A stretch of DNA of 64,000 nt from Acidobacteriota bacterium. GTDB taxonomy: Bacteria; Acidobacteriota; Vicinamibacteria; Vicinamibacterales; UBA8438. The stretch is taken from assembly GCA_011523845.1 (NCBI GenBank), contig WTFV01000225.1, positions 8,747-72,746 of the forward strand, written 5' to 3'. This document shows, piece by piece, positions 1-9,240 of the stretch (within the stretch, counting starts at the first letter, position 1; each line of letters starts with the position of its first letter). The notes under the pieces were generated by a model. The model saw only the letters and a list, made by a program, of their open reading frames with translations, was not told the DNA's origin and searched no databases. Made by a program: the position numbers and the translations under genes.

Positions 1-2
1 TC

Positions 3-272
3 AACGGTTTCAGCGGCGGCGAGCCGCGCGGGTTCCGGCGCACGCTGCAGGCTCTCGACGCCCTGCCGGAGGACCGCGGCGTGGCCACGCTGGCCGAGCT
101 GCAGATCGATCTGGTGGCGATTCACCGCACCGCGCCGCCGGACGAGCGCCGCTCCCTGACGGCTTTCTTCGAGGCGGCGCCCTGGGCCTCGGTCTACCGG
201 ATCGGTGACGAGCGCCTCGTGCGCATCGACCAGGCGTCCCTGCAGACCGCGCTGGCCCGCCAGCCACGCTAG
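3..272 (+). CDS. C-terminal part of hypothetical (probably membrane, YfhO/glycosyltransferase-like) protein, truncated at window start
   Basis: Open frame from position 3: NGFSGGEPRGFRR...IDLVAIH...ARQPR*. NG(F/Y)SG is a motif common near the C-terminus of such membrane proteins. Confidence 0.5.
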   Translation, partial: NGFSGGEPRGFRRTLQALDALPEDRGVATLAELQIDLVAIHRTAPPDERRSLTAFFEAAPWASVYRIGDERLVRIDQASLQTALARQPR

Positions 273-309
273 CGGTGTGCCCCGGAACCCGGAACCCGGA
301 CGCCAGCCG

Positions 310-338
310 TTGACAGGCAATTGCCGTGCGCCTAGGAT
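310..338 (+). promoter_or_regulatory. sigma70-type promoter for the tRNA-Arg pair
   Basis: TTGACA-N17-TAGGAT upstream of the tRNAs. Confidence 0.7.
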
Positions 339-482
339 CCAGAGGCTTGCAGGACGCCCGTGTAGAGGCCGAACGGCTGCACGACCCCGGAACCCGGGGG
401 TCGATTCACCAGGCTCGGCGCCGCACCGGCGATTCGGCTGGCAGTCCGGACGTATGTGACGCAGGTTGTCGATTCCAAACGC

Positions 483-559
483 GCGCCCGTAGCTCAGCTG
501 GATAGAGCGCCGGGCTTCGAACCCGTAGGTCGGGGGTTCAAATCCCTCCGGGCGCGCCA
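483..559 (+). tRNA. tRNA-Arg(TCG)
   Basis: GCGCCCG acceptor stem, D-arm AGCTCAGCTGGATAGAGC, anticodon loop CT-TCG-AA, T-loop GTTCAAATC, encoded CCA; 77 nt. Confidence 0.93.
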
Positions 560-615
560 ACGCAGTCACCGCTCGCCGCCGCCGGAGACCGGCCGGCGCG
601 CGAATCGTGGGGAAC

Positions 616-692
<77 letters not shown>

Positions 693-870
693 ACTCTTCT
701 GGCCCTTTTCCCCAGTCGCTGCCCGCCCCGTGCCCGCCGCACGGATTCGGTTCCCTGCCGGAGCGCGAAAGGACCTGCGGAGCGCTCCATCGCGCGGATG
801 ACGGGAGCGGTATACTCTGGGTCGGAAGGGCGGGAATCGTCTGGCGCATTCGGACGTGGAGGGAGTGGCC

Positions 871-1170
871 ATGACGTGGCAGAGAGCGGGCCTCGCGGCC
901 GGCATCGCATTCGGGTTGACGCTGGTGCGAACGTGGCCTCACGTCGCCACCATGGTCATCGCCTGCATCGCCTTCTACATCGTCTCCAGGACCCTGGCCG
1001 GCAGGCCCGTGCTGGCGGAGGGCGCGCCCATCACCGTGCAGAGCGGCGTGCCCGTGGCCGCCGTCCTGATGGGGCTGACGCTGATGGACCTGTGGCCCCA
1101 CGCGGTCACCCTGGGGATCGGCGTCGCCGTCCTCTGGGCGATCTCCGCTCGCCTGAAGTCGTCGGCCTGA
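871..1170 (+). CDS. small hypothetical membrane protein (3-4 TM)
   Basis: GGAGGGAG RBS before the ATG at 871; hydrophobic 99-aa product. Confidence 0.65.
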   Translation: MTWQRAGLAAGIAFGLTLVRTWPHVATMVIACIAFYIVSRTLAGRPVLAEGAPITVQSGVPVAAVLMGLTLMDLWPHAVTLGIGVAVLWAISARLKSSA

Positions 1171-1185
1171 CCCGTTGGCCGGGGG

Positions 1186-1298
1186 CTCAGTCCTGCGGGG
1201 CGGCGGCGCCTCCTGCTGCTGCCCGGAGGTTGTCACGACGCCACAACCGGCCGTAGCAGTGGGGCTCTCAGTCCTGCGGGGCGGCCTCCTGCTGCTGC
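1186..1298. repeat. direct duplication of the 3' end of the adjacent secreted-protein gene
   Basis: CTCAGTCCTGCGGGGCGGC..CCTCCTGCTGCTGC at about 1186-1222 and about 1267-1298. Confidence 0.75.
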
Positions 1299-1729
1299 AG
1301 GCACTGGCTGACGATCTGATCGCTCCCGAACACGTCGAAGGACAGTTGCCGGCTGCCCGCGCGGACGGTCAGGCTCGCGGCGTTGCGCAGCATCCGGAAC
1401 ATGAAGTCGCGCCCGGGGCCGCTGGCGATGGCGAGGAAATACCCCCCGGACTGCCACCGGACCGCGATGTTGCGCTGCCCGCCGGGAACGCCGCGCATCG
1501 TGACCCCCCGGATCGACTCGATCGGCTGGGCGAACTGGAGGGCCGCTCCGGTACCCCGAGTCAGGCACTGCAGGAAAATCGCGTCGCCCGCCGCGGTGAA
1601 GAGCCGAAACTCCTTCCCGCCCTCGACATCCGTTTCGATCCACGGCGCCTGCCCGGCGGCCGGCGCCGCGGCCAGCGTCGCCAGCGCGCCGAGCAGCGCG
1701 AGAGCCGTGACCGTCCTCTTCACCATCAT
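1268..1729 (-). CDS. secreted hypothetical protein, paralog 3 of tandem triplet
   Basis: Signal peptide MMVKRTVTALALLGALATLAAAPAAGQ; shares GGKEF, L-x-C, RGxPG, RDF and F-x-VFGS-x4-C with its neighbours. Confidence 0.8.
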   Translation of the reverse strand: MMVKRTVTALALLGALATLAAAPAAGQAPWIETDVEGGKEFRLFTAAGDAIFLQCLTRGTGAALQFAQPIESIRGVTMRGVPGGQRNIAVRWQSGGYFLAIASGPGRDFMFRMLRNAASLTVRAGSRQLSFDVFGSDQIVSQCLQQQEAAPQD

Positions 1730-1737
1730 TTCCCGCC

Positions 1738-2253
1738 TCATTCCGGTTGCTGATTCCCGAACGTCACGAGCGCCGGCTGGTCGGTGTCGCGGCTCATCCC
1801 CGCCGCCCGATCCTCCATCTGCTCCACGCACTGCTCGACGATCGTGGCGCTGCCGAACACCGCGAACGACGCCGATTCGCTGGAGGCCCGCACGTAGAGA
1901 CTCGACGCGTTACGCAGCATCGCCAGCGTGAAGTCGAGACTCCGGCCTCCCGCGACCTGCACCGTATAGGGACTGACGGGCTCGACCACGATGTTCTGCC
2001 GCGCGCCCGGAATGCCGCGCACCATCGCCCGTTGCGTCGGCTCGATGGGCTCGACGAACTCGAATCCGGCCCCCATGCCCTGCAGGCGGCACGCGAGGAT
2101 CAACACGGCGCCCTCGTCGTTGTGGAGCTGAAACTCCTTGCCGCCGCCCTCGAGGTCACGCACTTCCCACCGGTCCTGCTGTCCGGCGGCCGGCACCGCA
2201 CCGACCGTCGCGAGGACGCCGAGCACCGCCATCGCCGTGCCGCAAGTCCTCAT
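1738..2253 (-). CDS. secreted hypothetical protein, paralog 2 of tandem triplet
   Basis: Signal peptide ending PAAGQ; same conserved motifs; GAGGAGAGG RBS. Confidence 0.82.
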   Translation of the reverse strand: MRTCGTAMAVLGVLATVGAVPAAGQQDRWEVRDLEGGGKEFQLHNDEGAVLILACRLQGMGAGFEFVEPIEPTQRAMVRGIPGARQNIVVEPVSPYTVQVAGGRSLDFTLAMLRNASSLYVRASSESASFAVFGSATIVEQCVEQMEDRAAGMSRDTDQPALVTFGNQQPE

Positions 2254-2263
2254 GGTCCTCTCC

Positions 2264-2734
2264 TCAGAATTGCCGGCGCGGGTCCCCGATCAGGGACTCC
2301 TGCAGCTCGATGCACTCCCTGACGGTCGACTCGCTCCCGAAGACCTGAAAGTCGACGTTCTGTCCGGCCGCGCGCACGGAGAGTCGGGAGGACGACTGCA
2401 GCAGGTCCAGCGTGAAGTCGCGCCCGCGGGCGCCAACGACCTGCAGCAACTGCGCGGCGACCTGCGCGACCTGGACGTTCTCCCGCCCCCCGGGCGTACC
2501 ACGGACGGTGGCCCGGTCCGCCGACTCGATCGGCTCGGGAAACTGGAATGCCACGGCCTGCCCGTTGACCAGGCACAGAAGCACGATCGCAGACCCGTCG
2601 TCGTTGTTGAGCTGGAACTGCTTGCCGCCGCCCTGAACGTCCATCGAGTCCCACTGCGCCTGCCCGGCGGCGGGCGCCGCTCCGAAAATCGCGAGCACGC
2701 CGAGCACCGCAACCGCCGTCATGGTCTTCCTCAT
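2264..2734 (-). CDS. secreted hypothetical protein, paralog 1 of tandem triplet
   Basis: Signal peptide ending PAAGQ; same motifs; GAGGGG RBS. Confidence 0.82.
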   Translation of the reverse strand: MRKTMTAVAVLGVLAIFGAAPAAGQAQWDSMDVQGGGKQFQLNNDDGSAIVLLCLVNGQAVAFQFPEPIESADRATVRGTPGGRENVQVAQVAAQLLQVVGARGRDFTLDLLQSSSRLSVRAAGQNVDFQVFGSESTVRECIELQESLIGDPRRQF

Positions 2735-2809
2735 GCGTTCCCCCTCGGGTCAGGCTGGCCGACTCCTGCCCCGACTCTACCGGAAAGCGGCCCTCATGGC
2801 GACAGGTTT

Positions 2810-5077
<2,268 letters not shown>

Positions 5078-5506
5078 TTACTCGCCCGCGGGCTTGTCGT
5101 GGCAGTCGGGGCAGTACCCCCAGTAGATGACCTCGGCCTCGTCGATCGCGAAGCCGTGATCGTTCTCGGCGGTGAGACAAGGCGCCTCGCCGACGGCGCA
5201 GTCGATGTCGACCATGACGCCGCAGGCGCGACAGACGAGGTGATGGTGATTGTCACCGACTCGGTCCTCGTATCGCGCGGGCGACCCCGCCGGCTGAATC
5301 CTGCGCGCCAGGCCCCTCCGGACCAGCGTCCCCAGGGTGTCGTACACCGCCTGGCGGGAGATCGACCCGATGCTCTCGCGCACGTGGTCGGCGAGCGCGT
5401 CGGCGGTGGCGTGCGGCCGGGTCGACACCGCCCGCAGCACGGCGAGCCGCTGGGCGGTGACCTGCAACCCGTGCCGCCTCAGGAGCCGCTCGGCGTCCTC
5501 GTTCAC
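5078..5506 (-). CDS. furA: Fur-family peroxide-sensing regulator (FurA/PerR-like)
   Basis: [57 protein letters not shown]; directly upstream of katG. Probable leaderless GTG at 5506. Confidence 0.9.
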   Translation of the reverse strand: MNEDAERLLRRHGLQVTAQRLAVLRAVSTRPHATADALADHVRESIGSISRQAVYDTLGTLVRRGLARRIQPAGSPARYEDRVGDNHHHLVCRACGVMVDIDCAVGEAPCLTAENDHGFAIDEAEVIYWGYCPDCHDKPAGE

Positions 5507-5514
5507 CGCGCGAA

Positions 5515-5546
5515 AGTCTATCACTTATTCTGGACTCCATCAAGTA
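5515..5546 (-). promoter_or_regulatory. furA promoter with overlapping FurA-type box
   Basis: Minus strand TTGATG-N17-TAGACT, 8 nt before GTG. CTTGATGGAGTCCAGAATAAG resembles the mycobacterial FurA site as I recall it. Confidence 0.7.
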
Positions 5547-6058
5547 TTTGCCTCAGTCGACTTGCGCAGACGGCCGCGAGGAAGTCATGGACGGCCGCGA
5601 CCGCATCAGGCGCCATCGCGCGTGTCCCGAGCAACCTGCGGGTCGTGCGCGCGGGGCGACCGTGGTCCGGCGTGGCGCGTCCCTTCGGCGAGAGTGACTA
5701 CAATGAGGCTCGAAGGAGCGGGCTCGGGCGGGCGCCCGAGGGAAGAACCGAGGCAGACATGGCACGATCCTCGGAGCCCATCTCCATCCCGAAGCGTCGT
5801 ACCCGAAGCCCGTGGACCGGGTTCCTGAGCGACTGAAGCAGCTTCGGTTCCGGGCCGTCCAGGAGGCGGCATGGTAGGATCTGATGAGGCTTTGTCGATG
5901 CGACCGAGGGGCAATCCGTGTCGCCACTGAATCGGTCCGGGCTGCGCCGGCCGGCGCTCGGTCCGAGCGCCTCCGCCAGCCGCCTTGCCGCTGGTTTCCG
6001 GGCGGTCCGGCTGGCGGCGATGGCGACCATCGTCGCAAGTCCTCTGTCTTGAACGAGT

Positions 6059-6134
6059 GGGCCGCTAGCTCAACTGGTAGAGCAGCAGACTCTTAATCTG
6101 CGGGTTCGGGGTTCGAGTCCCTGGCGGCTCACCA
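6059..6134 (+). tRNA. tRNA-Lys(CTT)
   Basis: GGGCCGC acceptor stem, GCAGA-CT-CTT-AA-TCTGC anticodon arm, GTTCGAGTC, ACCA end; 76 nt. Confidence 0.96.
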
Positions 6135-6529
6135 CTTTTTCCTCAGCAAGTCGCGACTTTCGCCCTCCGGTGGCGGACGGGTTGACACCCTAACTCGGGG
6201 AAAACGGCTCTGGAATCCGGTGTGCAAGAAATGATCTCGAGCGCCGCCGCGGCGGTCCGGCCGCCCCCCGGCGCCGGACCGCCCGCGACGGGCGGCTCAT
6301 CCACCGCCGCCGGCCCACCAGACCCGTCGCGGAGCGGGCCCAGCGCCTCCCCCTCGTCGGCTACACGCACCCGCCCCGAGGCCGCCAGGTCGGGCAGGCC
6401 CCACCGGTCACGCTGGTCGCCGGCGGTGACCACGTAGCCGCCGTATGCGCGCCTGTTCGGCTCCAGGCCGCCGTCGGGGCCGTGGCGGCCGGTCGCACCG
6501 CCCGGACGATCGAGCGCGGCCAGCGCACG

Positions 6530-6662
6530 GCCGTCGACGCCCGGAATTTCCTCGGCCTGCGCAAGCTGGCCGGCGCCGCGGGCGCGCGGTTCGCCGGCGG
6601 GGTCGTCCTCTACGACGGCGGCGCCGGCATCGAGGTCAAGGCAGGCGCAACGGTGAGGGCAT
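6530..6662 (+). pseudogene. rearranged fragment of an AAA+/DUF4143 ATPase C-terminus
   Basis: Encodes NFLGLRKLAGAAGARFAGGVVLYDG followed by GIEVKAGATV. Both are typical C-terminal motifs of that family, here in reversed order. Confidence 0.55.
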
Positions 6663-6682
6663 CGCGTGCACGGCCGGAACGA

Positions 6683-7516
6683 TCAGGCGTGGGCCGCCGC
6701 CTGCGGCCCGCACCATGCCACTCTGCCCACGACCCGATCGCATTCGCCCATGGGCCTGGACGGGTGGGATGGATTGTCGCTGATCAGGTTCCAGCGATCG
6801 CCCGCTCGCCGCAGGCGCCTGACGACGACGCCCTCTCCGGTCCACACCGCGAACAGCTCGGCATCGAGCGGCGCCGGCCGATCCCGATCGAGCACGACGA
6901 GATCGCCGTCCCGGACCGTGGGCTCCATCGACCGACCGACCGCCCGGATGCACGTGAGGCGATCGGCTCGGGCCCAGGACGGCAACACGCTCTCGGCCAC
7001 GGCGATGGACAGCTCGGCCGACTCCTCGAACTCCACCTCGCCGGTATCGGCCCTCGACCGGACTTCCCGAGCGAACGGCACCATGCGCGTCGTGGAGAGC
7101 TCCCTGAAGGCCAGCCGGGGAATCAGCTCCGCTGCCGCCGCCGCGCGATCCGTCAACTCCTGCACGACGCTCATTCCCTCGCGCAGCCTCGACGCCATGA
7201 CGTCCTTGTCGATCCTGCTGACCGCGTCCGCGACGCTGGCGTCCGAAGGCAGGCGCAGGGCCTCGGCGATCTCGGACGGAAGCCCCCGTTCGGCCGGGTT
7301 CCCCCGGAGCCCCCGGCCGATATAGAGTTGCAGTCCCATGACGGACGCGATCGACGCCAGGGTGGTATACCGCGCGGCGCGGCCCTCGACCAGGCTGCGA
7401 AGCTGCCCCACGGGAATGCCGGTGCGCGCCGCGAACGGTCTCAGCCCCTCCTTCTCGATCTTCTTCCGGACCGCCCGCCTCAGGTAATCGACGTCACGCA
7501 GTGTCACGAATGACAC
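6683..7516 (-). CDS. XRE-like HTH + S24 peptidase domain repressor (CI/LexA-like)
   Basis: N-terminal HTH (GLRPFAARTGIPVGQLRSL); C-terminal VGRSMEPTVRDGDLVVLD...LISDNP...VVGRV. Start uncertain (7516 or 7507). Confidence 0.8.
   Translation of the reverse strand: MSFVTLRDVDYLRRAVRKKIEKEGLRPFAARTGIPVGQLRSLVEGRAARYTTLASIASVMGLQLYIGRGLRGNPAERGLPSEIAEALRLPSDASVADAVSRIDKDVMASRLREGMSVVQELTDRAAAAAELIPRLAFRELSTTRMVPFAREVRSRADTGEVEFEESAELSIAVAESVLPSWARADRLTCIRAVGRSMEPTVRDGDLVVLDRDRPAPLDAELFAVWTGEGVVVRRLRRAGDRWNLISDNPSHPSRPMGECDRVVGRVAWCGPQAAAHA
7501..7516. promoter_or_regulatory. palindrome GTGTCA-N4-TGACAC, putative operator at the divergent repressor/xth junction
   Basis: Perfect 6-bp inverted repeat within an AT-richer junction of divergent genes. 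Confidence 0.5.
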
Positions 7517-7526
7517 GATACACGAT

Positions 7527-8300
7527 ATGCGCGTCGTGAGCTGGAACGTCAACGGCCTGCGCGCCTGCGCGCGGAAGGGATTCCTCCGTTTCCTGGAGGA
7601 CTCGGAGGCGGACGTCGTCGGGATCCAGGAGGTGCGCGCGTTCGAGCACCAGCTCGAGCCGGCGGTGCGCGCGCCGCTGGGCTGGCAGGCGACGTTCTCT
7701 CCCGCCGAGCGGGCCGGCTACAGCGGCGTCGCGATCTACTCGCGCGAGACGCCCACCCGGGTCGAGACCGGGCTGGACGAGCCGCGGTTCGACGCCGAGG
7801 GCCGCCTGGCCATCGCCCGCTTCGGCCGGCTGAGCGTGGCGTCGGTCTACTTCCCGAAGGGCAGCGGGCGCGACCGGGACAACCGCCGCGTCCCCTACAA
7901 GCTCGACTTCTACGCGGCGCTCTTCGACCGCCTGCAGGCGCTGCGGCGCCGCGGGCCGGTCCTCGTCGTCGGCGACTACAACACGGCCCGCGAGCCGATC
8001 GATCTCGCCCGCCCGGCCGCCAACACGAAGACCAGCGGCTTCCTGCCGGAGGAGCGCGCGGAGCTGACGCGCTGGATCGACGCCGGCTGGGTGGACACGT
8101 TCCGCGCCCGTCATCCCGGCGAGGCGGGCCACTACACGTGGTGGCGGCAGTGGGGCGGCGCCCGCGAGAAGAACGTCGGGTGGCGGATCGACTACGTGCT
8201 GGCATCCCCGGCCGCAGCGCGGCGGGTGGAGGACGCGTTCATCTGGCCGCACGTGAACGGGTCCGACCACTGCCCGGTCGGCGTGGACCTGTCCTGGTAG
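7527..8300 (+). CDS. xth: exodeoxyribonuclease III
   Basis: SWNVNGLRA, IQE, GYSGVA, GDYN, SGFLPEER, YTWW, GWRIDY, GSDHCP. Confidence 0.96.
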   Translation: MRVVSWNVNGLRACARKGFLRFLEDSEADVVGIQEVRAFEHQLEPAVRAPLGWQATFSPAERAGYSGVAIYSRETPTRVETGLDEPRFDAEGRLAIARFGRLSVASVYFPKGSGRDRDNRRVPYKLDFYAALFDRLQALRRRGPVLVVGDYNTAREPIDLARPAANTKTSGFLPEERAELTRWIDAGWVDTFRARHPGEAGHYTWWRQWGGAREKNVGWRIDYVLASPAAARRVEDAFIWPHVNGSDHCPVGVDLSW

Positions 8301-8539
8301 CGCCGCAACGGCTTCCCTCTGGCCGCACGTGAACGGGTCCGACCACTGCCCGGTCGGCGTGGACGTGTCCTGGTAGCGCCGGCGCAGCGGTTCCCCCTGT
8401 TCCGCGTGCGGCGGTAGATCGTCGCGCAGATGGACCTGGCCTGGTAGCGCCGGCGTAGCGGCTTCTCTCTGTTCCGCGGCCCGCAGTTGATCGTCGCGCG
8501 GATGCACACCTGTCCTGTAGTGCCGGCGCAACGGCTTCC
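8242..8539. repeat. tandem 71-76 bp repeats seeded by the xth 3' end
   Basis: 8242-8305 is repeated at 8318-8381 with one mismatch; degenerate units follow with TAG at about 8445 and 8518. Confidence 0.85.
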
Positions 8540-8677
8540 GGGGACCGCGTCGGCCCTTCCCCCGGAGCCCGTCCGGACAGAAACTTCAGACAAACTTCAG
8601 AATCCGATGCTCCGCCGTCTCTTGCTGCCCCGCCCGGTCTCTGCTAGCGTCAACGACTGATGGTCAAAGGAGGACCC

Positions 8678-8965
8678 ATGCACACAGGGCTCGCGCGACG
8701 TAGCCCTGGCTGGCGCACCTGGATCGCCGTTCTGGCGATCGCGCTGGTCGGTGCTGCATCCGGCGCGGCCGCCTGGCACGAGGAGCACGCAGCCGACCAG
8801 GACTGCGCGATCTGCCAGCTCCGTCACCAGCCAGCCGCCGAACTGTCCGGCTCCCTGCAGATCGGACTCGCGGACGCTCCGGAGCCGCCCGAGCAGGCTC
8901 CCGCCCCCGGATGGATCGAATCCGGTCACTGCCGCCGCCTCCCGGCCCGCGCCCCGCCCGCCTAG
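8678..8965 (+). CDS. DUF2946-like leader protein (TM/signal, His-CxxC, C-terminal RAPP)
   Basis: AAAGGAGG RBS; HEEHAADQDCAICQLRH; ends LPARAPPA*; upstream of a TonB receptor. Confidence 0.8.
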   Translation: MHTGLARRSPGWRTWIAVLAIALVGAASGAAAWHEEHAADQDCAICQLRHQPAAELSGSLQIGLADAPEPPEQAPAPGWIESGHCRRLPARAPPA

Positions 8966-9240
8966 TTCCCGTCACGCGCAGCGTTCTTCCGTCGTATCGC
9001 GATCGCCGTAGCCCGGCGCGCAACCGAGGTCCTTCTCTCCGTGCGCCGCGGCGCACGCGCCGTGGCGCACGCGCAGCGGGTCAACGACCCGTGTCGAGGG
9101 TTTCCGCCCGCGGCGCCGCCGTGAGGCCCTCCTCCGGACGCCGTCAGCAGGGTTACCCCTTGCACGCGCGGCCGATCGCACAGCGGGAGCAGGGACAGGC
9201 TCATGAGCAATTGGAAACCTCGGGAAGGGGATTCGAATCG

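Noticed and set aside
5759-5836. 25-aa ORF with a weak RBS and upstream TACAAT
   Set aside because: Too short and without recognisable motifs.
6059-7516. Prophage or integrative element at tRNA-Lys
   Set aside because: No integrase, no structural genes and no duplicated tRNA 3' end seen in the window; only a lone repressor-like gene.
8242-8539. Possible CRISPR array or DGR template/variable repeat pair
   Set aside because: Cores are degenerate and linkers are related; the single mismatch is C/G rather than adenine-specific; no reverse transcriptase is present in the window.
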